From Acanthaster planci (Eukaryota), in NCBI RefSeq assembly GCF_001949145.1, contig NW_019091358.1, positions 3,528,535 through 3,553,859 of the forward strand: 25,325 bases of DNA, written 5' to 3'. The notes below the pieces were generated by a model. That model was not told the origin of the DNA. It did no database searches and saw nothing but the letters and a program-made list of their open reading frames with translations. Below are positions 12,008 through 23,180 of the stretch, piece by piece (positions within the stretch are counted from its first letter, which is position 1; every line of letters begins with the position of its first letter). Both the position numbers and the translations under genes were made by a program.

Positions 12008-12692
12008 CTACATGCTAATCTGGCCCCTATTGAAAAGAGGTCAGCAGTGCACTGAGCCAGGTTCGTGAACAAAAGACAGTTGTATAACACTGCACAATCT
12101 GGGCTCTGTTTACAAGGCTGCAGGCCTGGCTGAAATATTCAGGCATCAATGAAGGTCACCTGTCAACTTAGAGCAGTGCCTAAAGATTACTCCGTGCGGC
12201 TATAAACAACTGTTAAATGGAATGATGAATTGTTGAAGGATTTTGAAAACGGAAAAAAATGATAGTCATGCCGGCCCAGCATCCTCAAGGTTGAAAATTG
12301 CCCCGGCTAAGACCCACTTCTTTATTTCTGAAAAAAAAAAGTTCGGGAGCTTATTTTTAGAGCAGTGTTTCCCCCCAAAGGAAGGATGACTCTTAAATTC
12401 AGAATCCACATTGACCCCCAGACCAGCCTTTTTTCATGCAAACTGATTTTGTACTTAGTGGAAAATGAGTGTCAGTAATTTATTTGCACTCGCCAAATAG
12501 CAGTCCAACACAAGCATTACTGAACCAGTCACGTGGGACTGGCATGTTTTCCACATTATAGCATCTCAGAGGTCTCCCATTCCTCCTGAGGGTCTGAAAG
12601 CTTTGACTCGCTGTCCATTGGCCTTGACAAGCATATCAGATAGGTACAATGTTCTCTTATTTATGCCATTCTATATTTCTTTCTCTCTTTAG

Positions 12693-12771
12693 TTCTCGCC
12701 AGCCATCAACAGGCAGCAGCAGCGGCAGCTGCAGCTGCTGCAACCGGTGTCAATCCGTACGCTGTCAGAAG
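12693..12771 (+). CDS. ZNF608: ZNF608/609-like, coding exon D (poly-Ala)
   Basis: Long polypyrimidine tract and tttAG acceptor at 12691-12692, GTaaaa donor at 12772. Phase 1 fits exon C. Encodes (V)LASHQQAAAAAAAAAATGVNPYAVR(R), resembling the ASQQ-A-rich family C-terminus. Confidence 0.88.
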
Positions 12772-13579
12772 GTAAAAGCACTACACACCAAACTCTCTAC
12801 TTTGGAAAGCTTGATTACGTTCATTTTGTCACTCCAAGTGCAAGCTGAGACCTCAAAATGAAGTTGCAGTGGCATCCCATTACAAAATCAAGACTTGGTC
12901 CTGGCCGTGTATTCCAGGGTTTATAAAATTTCCACACCGCATTGCCTCAGTAGAACAAGATTAACCTAAATCACAAGCAATCTTGGCTTTAATTTGCTAC
13001 ACTGAACTATTTGAACTCAGGTTTATACTGTATGAACCCAGGTTTGGATGATTCAAAAACAAACAATAGATTGATTTTGCCATCCTGCTTCTTTTTTTTT
13101 TTTTATATCTTCGTCACCCAGTACTTAAAGAGCAGCTCTAAGGAAAACTTCTTTCTCTGATTTCATCTTTTAAAATAAATATGGAAGCATCCAAATCAAA
13201 TGTAGTGTCATTTGTCTTCAGAGCTCAATTATATGAAGCTAAATAGGGCTTTTTTTTCTGTTCATGCCAAGATGCGAATTCTGAATGTAGACTGTGTCAT
13301 TCGTAGAAAACTGAGAAAATGAGGGGAACCCTTGACTTGTGTTCGTAGTGGATAAACCCCTGTGCATGCCAAACAACGTATGTAGCCATAGTTTGTAGCC
13401 ATTTTTAGCTTGTTATAGTTGAGCTCTGATGACAAATGACACTGCGTTCGATTTGGATGCTTCCATATTTATTTGGACAGGTGAAATCAGAGAAAACATG
13501 TTGCCCTTGGAGATGCTCCTTCACCAAACCATGTGCATACAGATTACACTTCATTTGTTTTTCCTTTCATTTTTTCCAG

Positions 13580-13586
13580 GGAATGA
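13580..13586 (+). CDS. ZNF608: ZNF608/609-like, coding part of terminal exon (R)E*
   Basis: Strong acceptor tttttcctttcattttttccAG at 13578-13579. AG|G GAA TGA gives ...VRRE-stop, matching my recollection that vertebrate ZNF608 ends in RRE. Confidence 0.8.
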
Positions 13587-15640
13587 AGCAGGCTGAAAGG
13601 TTCCTCCACCATGCTTTTAGTGACACTTGCAATGTTCCACCAACCAAAGAGTCTGTGACCAAAGAGTTGATTGATTCCATCGATTGTTGCGGAACAAGGC
13701 TCTACTGCTCAGCATGCAGTATGCAGAAGGACTGTTGACGTTTGCGGCCAGTTTTTGGGGGAGCCTCTTTATTTTAGGAAGAGGAAACAGGGAAGGACTT
13801 TGTGAGATGAAGACATGATATTTTTTGTTATTTTGTTAGAAATCTTGTCATTGGTCTTATTTAGAAGCTGATTTCAGGTTTCCAGTAAATTTATGGAGTT
13901 TGGGCAGAAAGAGGAAGTTTTGTATATAGTGTGGACAGGTGGATTATCTGGTTTGTATTCGGTCTTTTGATGCGGCCGGCATACGTGTGAATTTTTATAC
14001 AGATGGGTAGAATGCTGAATCCCTTGTAAATTGTAAATCGCATTTCTTTAACCAAGTTAAAGAGGTGAGCCTTTTGTCCTTTTTGGTGGTTGGATTGCAT
14101 ACCAAACTGATCACCAACATTCTCCTCATGCCACAAGGTCAGCTTTCTTCATCAGGTATTAACTGTGCCCAGACACTGGCAAGCACTGTTTTGAATAAGA
14201 TTTTGTAAGTTTTTCATAGAATGATCTCTCCATTTTACACTGACTGTCAATCAAAACGCACCAATAATTTTTTCTTCAGAAAATGGGAATTTAAAAAAAT
14301 ATGCTCTCCAATTTCTCACAAAGAGTTGTGGTGGGAGGACTTACTTAGACAGTCACGCAGCAAGTCATTCAGTCCATGCATGATTCCAGCATCTCATCAG
14401 AACAGAACATGAAAATGGTGCATTTCCATTGACTTGACAGTATTTTCAACTCACCGGTGACGATACCATCAATAGGGAGCAGAAAGTAATTCCCAGGGAG
14501 GTAACAGACTGGACTTCCCTCTTTTCCTTGCTGACTGTATACTATGGGACTGAATACTCAATGTGTGCGTTAGTCAAGCATTCTCTCTGTTAAGGATCCA
14601 GCTCCTTGCATGCAGTTACCATATACCAAACATAAGATTTTATTCGAAAAAGTACTGTTACATATATGTGCTGTAATTGTAGGAGAATATCCCCCCTTCA
14701 AAATAAAGCATTTAAGGTGAAACAGGTCCTATTTTTAATTTATTTTTTTTTCTCTTGCTCCTTGTTTTAGTTAGTAGTGTCATAGCCATTTTGTACTGTT
14801 GGAATTTTGGCAGTTTGGATCAAATTCTCTTTTTCCCCTTGAGCATTTCTGCACTTTCAATTCCTAAAATCTGATGGTGAATTCTTGATGTTCTCGCTAT
14901 TTTTGAAAAAGCGCAATATATAACTTCGTGGCTTAGAATTGCTATTACCCAGTTTACGGATAGAGGGGAGAGAAAAAGATCACCTGAAGACGACCAGAAA
15001 CAGGTTCTGGCCCTCTTCCTTTGATTGCCAACTTCCTTTGTAGTGGATAAATCACAGAATTGAAACTGATCTGTGTCCAACAAGCGAGGGGACAACAACA
15101 ATTAACGGTCATGTCTTGTATGCGCATTGCCGGGACAACCCATCATGGTGACTTAATTATTGCTGACAAATCATCAAGACAGTTTCTGACCGGCGGTGTC
15201 TCAGCAGAGAGTGTCTTGTTTCACCATACCTCGTCCAGGTGAACAGCAGTAGCTTTTGACAGCACTTTTGCCTGAGGAGAGAACCAGTCAAACATTCAAG
15301 TTTAGTGTGGTTCTTGAACACAAAAGGAAAGAAACAAGTTTGCTGTTGGTCGCGGAGACTGAATTTTTTGCCAGCATCAGCTTGTAGTAAACAAGCTGTT
15401 ATTAAAACAAGTTGCCGTTACAATTGTAAATGATGAAGTATGATATTTGGCATCGGACTTTGTTGCTTAAAAAACTAATCGTTTTATCAAGTCTTATTCT
15501 TCCTAGATGTATTATAGACCTATATTTTCATTCTTGATTGTGTCTCGTTTTTTAAGTGCCACTGATTATAAAACCGTGTAGCACACACCACTTTGTATTT
15601 TACTGTATCTTAATAAAATTGTAGACTTTTGCCGCAAAAA
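13587..15640 (+). other. Putative ZNF608 3'UTR (end approximate)
   Basis: Follows the stop codon, is U-rich, and has no repeat elements I could recognise. AATAAA occurs at 14702-14707 and 15612-15617. MITE-like insertions begin only after ~16 kb. Confidence 0.55.
15612..15617 (+). promoter_or_regulatory. Candidate polyadenylation signal AATAAA
   Basis: Canonical hexamer with TGTA elements immediately upstream (ttgtattttactgtatcttAATAAA) and U/G-rich sequence downstream. Confidence 0.5.
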
Positions 15641-16010
15641 ATGCGACAGGAAAATCAGGCTCATTGAGTTCATTTGTATATGTCCTTGCGAGGATTTTGT
15701 TCTATTGGTTATTTTTTCATTTAAGCCAGTCAAAATGAAATTGTAGATTTATGGAACTTATGGACAGAGGATTAAACTGGGCATTATTTAGTTGCTACCT
15801 ATTTTGTATTGAAAATATTATCAGTGGTGTTTTGCTGCTTGTGTCAACTTAACCATGGCTCTTTTGAGACGTGTAAAAAAATTTCGCCCTTCCCCACTGT
15901 CACTTGGTATGATTTAGTCACGATGCATCTTTATCATGCTGAGCCCCCTGAAAATGGAACATGTCATTCTAATGAACTGCCACCTTAAAGCTTACGCTGT
16001 GAATGACATC

Positions 16011-16257
16011 TGGGTCATTCCATGAGGTTGGGGCACAATTTGTGATGGTGTCCTTGTCACATGGGTAATTTTTACCACCTGTCATGACCTGAAGAGTAGG
16101 TCATTTACTCTGTAAAAATAACACACACCTCTGTATTCAGCCTTGCAAGGTGTATAATTGGGAATCCACATGCAGGGAAATAGCTGTTCAGTTCTACGGA
16201 ACCCACATAACAATGGACACCGTCACAAATTGTGTCCCAACCTCATGGAATGACCCA
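16011..16257. mobile_element. MITE / non-autonomous DNA transposon with ~55-bp terminal inverted repeats
   Basis: The left end tgggtcattccatgaggttggggcacaatttgtgatggtgtcc is the near-perfect reverse complement of the right end ggacaccgtcacaaattgtgtcccaacctcatggaatgaccca (2 mismatches in 43). No ORF, and the target-site duplication is not clean. Confidence 0.85.
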
Positions 16258-16331
16258 TCCACAAAAATTTCTGTCAGATTGAATTGAAGCTTCACACTTG
16301 CTAAAAACTGAAGTGTTGAATCCAACATCTA

Positions 16332-16595
16332 CAGGAATGCGATCAGTGACCGCTCTCTGAAAGCATTACACTGAAAATTTTAAAAGATAAACCAGTATTG
16401 TAAATATCATATCCCACAGTTCAAATATTAATTCAAAAATTGAGGCCCGAGTGTTCATCCAACATTTTCCCTTTGATAATGTTATATCATCATTTAAAAT
16501 GTTGATAAACAGATTTGAAGCTGAATTAAAAATTTTAAATATTGGATTTAACAAAATGTTGGATTCTACAGCAAGTGGTCACTGACCGCAGTCTG
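16332..16595. mobile_element. Degenerate MITE-like element
   Basis: tgcgatcagtgaccgct (16338-16354) and agtggtcactgaccgca (16574-16590) form a 15/17 inverted match. The AT-rich interior has repeated atccaa(c/t)a motifs in both orientations. Confidence 0.5.
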
Positions 16596-17317
16596 GTAAG
16601 TGTTTCACTTTTTGGCATAGGCCTAGACCCCTATGGATTCAAGAAGAACTCATCCTTTCCTCAGCTGTACATGTAGGAGGATCTAAAGCAAAAAAATACA
16701 AAGGAAACAAATCCCTTACCTATGAGTTATCATATTCCTCTTTTCTAAATTGCATACAAATGGCATGACAATTTATATCGGGCTTCTTTCTGTTTTGACT
16801 TTTGAACAGACTCGGGAACCACACTACTGGAGGGAGCATCTGACCAGGTGACAGGCCTATACGGGTGCACTGAACTAATTCAAGCTCCACTGGAAAGAGT
16901 ATAAAATCAACAAAGTTTGGAGCCCTATGGCAGGCAACTGAAGTCCCTGAGGCCTGTCAACAAAAAGCAATGTGTTGTTTGGTCCGTCGGATTTCATTTG
17001 ATTTGCGAGTTTTAGTATGTGAACCATTGAATTTTTTAATTATCCACCAAAACCAAACTCAACCCCCAAAAAGTGGATGTTCGCAAGTCTTCTCAGCGGC
17101 CACTTTTCAAATGATATCCCTCACGTTCTGGGGGCTCTTCTGACACATTTTCAGTCACATTTTTGTCAGCTTTTCCCCCAGATGGGTGCCCCTGAATCTA
17201 CAGAGGTGATCGTGGGCCACATCCCACAATTTCTTTGCTCACACAGACCCCTCTTTTCGAAAGAATTTGCAGGGGTACTTTTTAAGCGCCTTGGCCTGGT
17301 GGTAAATTTTCTTTGAA

Positions 17318-17489
17318 TACAGGCATTTCACAATTGTCCGCCATCAAGAGTTTGCTGCACGTTGACCAATCACAGTGCAAGAAATCTGTTGACCAAATGC
17401 GCGTGTGAAAAGGGTCGACAATTGTCACGCACCGTGATTGGTCTAGGCATGGCAAACTTTTAGAGGCACACTATTGTGAATCGCCAGTA
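17318..17489. mobile_element. Palindromic MITE-like element
   Basis: The whole ~170 bp is an imperfect palindrome (tacaggcatttcacaat...gaccaatcacagtgc versus gcaccgtgattggtc...attgtgaatcgccagta), with TA at both ends. Confidence 0.7.
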
Positions 17490-18409
17490 TTTGGACACTG
17501 CACAGACATGAACATGTAGACTGCCTTTTTAGACCTTGTTCGTGATCTCCATGGTGCAGACTAAAATCTAGACTTCTTTTTCAGAGAAAGGGAAACGTCC
17601 TGTGGACATGTATAAGTCCACAGAACGTCTTCCTTTCCTGCATCGTGTGGACATCTTTTGTTCACAAGTCCACACTAGGTACTTAAGGTTAGCGCGGTGG
17701 CACACTTGCACTTGTGAAGTATACCGAGTGCACGGTGGTCGCTTTAGTCTGTTTATTGTCGCGACTTTGTGTCAAGAAATTAGTCTTTGAGCGTTGAGGA
17801 ATCGCCGGCCCACCTACGTGATGACATTGATGGAGTATGTACAATGGATTTTGCTTTTATTATTCCACCTTTACAGGAATAAAATTCATAGGCCTAGTTC
17901 TAGTTGAGAGTGATGAGACCATGTTGAGACTAATCCTACATGCAGGACTGGGATCAACACTAGGCATGCCTACACTCACTGGCTATAGTACATCATGTGC
18001 ATGGCCCATTTCTGTGAAAATGACATGAACAACTTTAGTAGGCATGTATGCCCACTGAGATTTTGCACACATCTTGCAAATTGTTCATCCCTCAAGTTGT
18101 TGGGTCTGATGTGCAGCTGGCCATCCCATTAATGGTATAAGCCCAACAAGCCCAACTTCACTTGACCCGACTGCATCAGGATGATGTAGATCAGTCAATA
18201 ATAGTCTGAGCAACTTGGATTCTGACAAATTGCCTTTTTAAAGATTTGGATATGGTCCAGCGAATCATGGCAATGCACACACACTGTATACCCATCAGTC
18301 ATGTCAGTGTGAAGTCGCCAACCTGGTCTGGAATCGCCTCGCTCCGAATCAACTCCATCTGGGGTCAACTTGGTCCCAAGTCAACTTGGTCTCGTCAACT
18401 CTTGAAGGC

Positions 18410-18770
18410 AGGCACTTGACTGCAGCATGAATAAAAATCTTCCAAGCTAGTTTCAACACACTTTCTAGCATACCTTTACATGTATTAAAGTACATGTATT
18501 TCCAGAATTCTATCATGTTCATTCTGCATGTACACTTTATTTACACATATAGGCCTACTGACATGTGCATGAGATATCAAGCCTTGTAATTTGGGATGGC
18601 CAGGCACTTGGATGCATCATTAATTACTACAGACAAGAAAGCGAAATCCCAGTCTTTCTTGCCTGTCTGACAAACTTTGGCATATAAATATTTCCAGAAA
18701 TCTAACACTGCATGTACACTGTATTTACAAACATACAAACATACTATATGTTAGCCTATTAAGCCTCGAA
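18410..18770. repeat. Degenerate ~190-bp tandem duplication
   Basis: The blocks caggcacttg, tatttccagaa(t/a)tcta and ctgcatgtacact(t/g)tatttaca each recur roughly 180-190 bp apart and in the same order. Confidence 0.65.
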
Positions 18771-19273
18771 ACAAAAAGTCAATGAAAAACTTGGTTCCTG
18801 ATATACTAGTACCTTTTGTGTTAAGTTCTTGTCAGTTGCTGTGGAGATCAGTGGATTTTCAAAGACTCGGACTTGAACTTAGACTTACATGTACCGGTAG
18901 ACCTTCTGGACTTGAACTCGAACAATGAGAACTTGACTACCAGGACTTGACCCAAGCCCCCTCTCTGATTTTTAACTTTCTTTTACTGCGCATGACTGGT
19001 GGTCTGCGCATTTGTCTGTGGTGCCGAGGCATGCGTAAAATGGAAAAACAGGACCGACAAGGTTTAAAACACTCCTTGGTATGTTTGTAAAGGTACATGT
19101 ACGCAAATTGTCCAAATACAAAAGGATTTGAACAGAATCATGCAATGTACATTCTGTGCATTGAATTTTGAAAGTTTCCATGATTGACTTAGTAGTTTAC
19201 AGTTTGATAAGTTGAAGTTTGTACTGTAGTGTGACATGTTGCAGCAGACTGCCAGTGCTGGGTCAGATGTCCA

Positions 19274-19374
19274 CCCCTGCCTGTGGGCTCATCTTCTGGC
19301 ATCACTGGCCTGATAGAGGAAGGCGATAGCAGCGTGGTTGGTCCCCTGCCTGTGGGCTCATCTTCTGGCATCAC
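19274..19374. repeat. Perfect 32-bp direct repeat pair
   Basis: cccctgcctgtgggctcatcttctggcatcac at 19274-19305 and 19343-19374, with a 37-bp spacer (period 69). Confidence 0.92.
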
Positions 19375-20039
19375 CGCCCCAGTAGAGTAAGCCATCTCTT
19401 GTTTTACGACAGTAGTAGTCATGATTTTTGTTGTCGCAACAATTTGTCAAAGGTACAATCCACTATTTGTCTTTTGTGGATTATTTTCCTTTGAAGCAAC
19501 AAAATTACTCAAAATCTATAGAAAGGAACACAAGAACGAACCTGATGAAGATGAACTTTGAGCTTAATAGTGAATGTTTAATATTCTGAGAAAACTATTC
19601 TAGGACTTGGATTTCAGATCAAAAGTTGCTGAGTCGTGTTTTAAATTGTGCCTGTATTCAGCATCTGGGAAACGTTCTCATATTCAGTCGAATACAGCTA
19701 CACCTTTTCACCCCCTGAACTGATGAATTATGGAAACTGCTAGTGTGTGTGCATCATGTCAACGCTTGCATGCATTTCTAATAGTGATTTTCCAAAAATT
19801 TGAGAAGGCGCGTGCTTAAAATAATTATTTCTTCATGATGACCGTTTGCCAGAAAGAATAGTTTCTCACAGAATTTAGTCGTCTATCTAAACCAAGTATA
19901 CTTTTCAACAACAATAATGGATACCTTTTTGATAACTGCAAATGAAAGACTGTACAGTACAGCCAAATGCATCCTCACCTTGGAGGAAAGATTTGCTTAA
20001 ACTTAGTGATGTAACAACAGAAATCTCTATCCGCCTGCA

Positions 20040-20161
20040 ACCGTTAGCACAACCACCCTGAGCACCGCCATGAAATAGCGCTCAAGATTAGCACATTTTT
20101 CTGCTAAACTTAGCACAAATTTTCTTCCGACTGTGTTAACAAGCCCCATGAAATTGCGCCC
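20040..20161. mobile_element. Probable fragment of a non-autonomous DNA transposon end
   Basis: Two copies of a catgaaat..cgc motif (gccatgaaatagcgctc and cccatgaaattgcgccc) and three ttagcaca units. No partner inverted repeat was found. Confidence 0.35.
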
Positions 20162-20527
20162 GACCCCATCCAGCCTGTTACACCCTGCACTTCCCAGCAC
20201 TGTAAGGTTTTACGGATTTAACAGTGACCCACAATAAGAGTCTATGTGGTGATGGGTTGAAACATGGGTGTTTTGCTCATTTCAGTGTGACTGAAAAACC
20301 TTAGGAGACCTTTTCTTGTTTTTTGTCATTTTTCCCTGTGTTTAGATTTGGGAAGGCCTCATTGCCAGGTGAATGTACTGCCATAGTTGCCTACATGAAC
20401 GTTGAAGCTGCCTAGCGTCATGGTGCAAGTGGACTGACCGATGAAATCTCCAAAGTGAAGTGGCAAGTTATACGTAATAAGTAGCACAGGTAAGAGTCTT
20501 GTAGTTCATATCATTGCTGGCTTTCTG

Positions 20528-20764
20528 CAAGGATGAATCTGGGAAAGGGGGAGGGGCCGATGGGGTCATGACCAAAAAAGGAGCAAAAATTGTTTTCATT
20601 TGAAAAAATGAAAGGATCAGTTTGGTCTATTTAATTTCCCTTCATTTGAAAAGTGGAAATGTAGCCTAACCCCTCAAACAACTTTAAAAAAAACAAAAAT
20701 TTGGCTCACAGAATCAAGTTTGTCCCCACTCCCCGAAAATACTTTGGTCCTGGATCCACCCTTG
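20528..20764. mobile_element. Degenerate hAT-like MITE
   Basis: caaggatgaatctggga versus tcctggatccacccttg is a 13/17 inverted match with CA...TG termini. The left subterminal is G-rich and the right is C-rich. No 8-bp target-site duplication is preserved. Confidence 0.45.
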
Positions 20765-20891
20765 GGTGCTTATGGCTAGCTTTACGGACAACCCTGACCT
20801 AGGGATAGTTGTGTGCATCGGGTCGACCAAGCAAGACGATAGGGATGAGTTTAAACCCTTGTAACCAGGGTAAGCTCGTTGAATGCACCCA
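20763..20891. mobile_element. Short degenerate MITE-like element
   Basis: Inverted termini tgggtgc...agctt and aagct...gcaccca. Abuts the preceding element. Confidence 0.45.
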
Positions 20892-22447
20892 CTATACTGG
20901 AACTTTTTTCTGGCCTAAAGTTCCTTTTCCTTTATGGTTCGTTGCTGTTTCATGACAAATTACCATTGATCAATGGTCCACATTTCCTGAGACATGTTCA
21001 ACATGTTCAAGGAGCAATTTGGGTTTCACGGTTTTAATAGTAAAACTCATGAAATGAAGCATCTAATCATAGAATAATACCTTTAGACCAACAACAGCAG
21101 GGGCATTATTTAAGGAAAGTGTCCATTTCTAATAACCATAAGCAAATGGCTGCCTTGGCCTCTGGGGTTTCATGATTTTCTGAGCAGCACTGCTCTACAT
21201 CAAAGAAGATGGATTGGGGGCAACTGTGGCAATCGTCCATCACGCATTATTTAGCCTTGTTGGTCTTTTATTAAAGTTCTAACCTGGCACAGTTCAATTT
21301 TCCTTCCTCATAATATTGCCCATTATTAAAATCGCATTCACTATGGGGCTTTGTTCAGGCTTTTTGAAGCTTAGCAATGAATATGGGACAAAAACTTAAC
21401 TGTTCAAAGGCCTTATTTAAAGAAGGATCTACCTTAATTTTGACAAATGTTGAACCAAAACACAAAAAGGGACCCACTGTAAACACTTAAACAGTATTTT
21501 CAGTCACCATCCAAAATATCCAATTTGTATCCATTTCAACAGACTTTTGCACACTGTTGAAATATTTCTGCCCACACTTTTGGGGTCAATCATTGATTTC
21601 TGTAGGAGCTGTTGGCCCATGGGTATTTTAGGTTTGTGGTCTTCCCTGATTGACATTACAGTATTATATGTACTGTAATTATATGTACTGTAAACAGTGC
21701 CCTCACTTGTTAAGAAAAGGGAAAGACAAATATAAGTGTTTAAACATATCACTTTTTGATTTTTTGATTCACTAAACCCTAAAGAGGTGTCTGGAAAATA
21801 TTTTTAACAAAGAGTACAAATCACAAATGCTACCAGAAGTAATGGGTCAGCAGTGTCAAAGGAATCCTCTTGTCATAGTTCATTTTCTGACATGAAAATG
21901 GATGAAAAGCAATAGACACTAACAGTTTGTTATAAAATGAAAGGTGTAAAAACAAGGAGCGTACAAGATATGTCTCAATTTCTACTGCAACTTAGTTCCT
22001 TTTGTGATTAATATCTACCCAGACCTCCTCATATGGGTTTCCCCAGGACAAACGGACCATAATGCTGATGAGAAGAGCGCCCTCGCCTCCTTCAACCTGG
22101 AGATAGAGAAGGAAGATGGAGGACAAGATCCTATGGGACTTCACAGAGATGATTCATGAGAATGCCAAGGCCAGGAAGTAATTCAGATAGATTCCAGTCT
22201 TCACCTCCATCACTGAGGAGGAACACGGTTTTCAAGATTGCATGAGGGATCCTCATCAGAATCCTAGGCATTGATTCACAAAAAAGGCAAGGAAAGGACT
22301 CAATCTTCTCAGAGATACAGTTCCTTGCTTCCACCTTAGTGATGAAGCAAGTCTATCTGCATTTGTACACTACTCAAAGAATCAAAGGATCATACGTAGT
22401 GAGTAATAATTTAAACAAATGGTATTCACATCGCAAAAAAATGAGCA

Positions 22448-22541
22448 TCATTTAATTTGGCTATTTCTTGGCATCAAACCAAAAAATCTCACGATACTGG
22501 AAAAAACTTTGGTCAGCACCTTGTCCAGGTCCTCCGTGGCC
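22448..22541 (-). CDS. Putative terminal coding exon of an unidentified convergent gene
   Basis: Minus-strand acceptor atcattttcAG, then G GCC ACG GAG... encoding (R)ATEDLDKVLTKVFSSIVRFFGLMPRNSQIK*. Coding-like codons, and phase 2 matches the exon at 23181-23232. Confidence 0.65.
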
Positions 22542-22577
22542 CTGAAAATGATGTATAAACAATTGAGTTTTAACCAA

Positions 22578-22737
22578 GTAATGTGAGGGCACTGTTTATG
22601 AATAAGAATGATATCGCAGTAATGTGAGGGCACTGTTTGAGTTACAATATCGCAGTAATGTGAGGGCACTGTTTATGAGTTACAATATCGCAGTAATGTG
22701 AGGGCACTGTTTATGAGTAAATTCTGGTAATGTGAGG
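22578..22737. repeat. Minisatellite, ~36-41-bp unit, 4 copies plus a partial
   Basis: Unit gtaatgtgagggcactgttt(at)gagttacaatatcgca repeated head to tail, lying in the putative last intron of the - strand gene. Confidence 0.92.
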
Positions 22738-23180
22738 TAACTATTTGTGATTCTGAGTCACAGAAATGAAGCACTTTCAGATGTACGTATCTCAGCATGA
22801 AAAATTACATGTAACTGTTGAGACCCTTTTATTTAGAAAAATAATGCAATGTCTGACATGTATCTGTTTGCAAATCTCCAATGTCAGGACATTAAAAAAA
22901 AATTAAATAAAAAATTCACAGTTTTCGAAAACCTAAACACAAAATGGTAAGAGGTCCAATATTTCAGTCACTTTCACTCAAAATGTCCTAAAGTGAGACA
23001 CGTGTACATCGTTTTACCACAATAGGGTTGTATAGTACTGGCCAGTCTCATTCATGTTATTGTACCCCCCCCAACTCTTTAAGACACTCCCAGTCTCTCA
23101 CCCCCTTGCCTGAGAGTCATCCCATCCTTAATTTATGTGCAAAGAGAGTGAAAGGTGGCCATTTTGAAGTTGTGCAATAC

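Noticed and set aside
7770..12068. The 1432-aa ORF as a complete single-exon gene
   Set aside because: Its start lies in the acceptor tract (true exon starts at 7781). Its tail runs through the GT donor at 11779 and across the N gap.
17590..17680. Small hairpins (ctgtggac...gtccacag; tgtggac...gtccaca) as a pre-miRNA or terminator
   Set aside because: Stems are only 7-8 bp and no known mature miRNA was recognised. Probably transposon-internal palindromes.
18863..18950. ggacttga-type short repeats (and gtcaact repeats at ~18364-18400)
   Set aside because: They resemble degenerate transposon subterminal repeats, but boundaries cannot be defined.
19274..19374. CRISPR-like geometry (32-bp repeat, 37-bp spacer)
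   Set aside because: Only two copies, no cas genes, and a spliceosomal eukaryotic context.
22578..22737. CRISPR-like array
   Set aside because: The intervening segments are short and nearly identical to each other, so this is an ordinary minisatellite.
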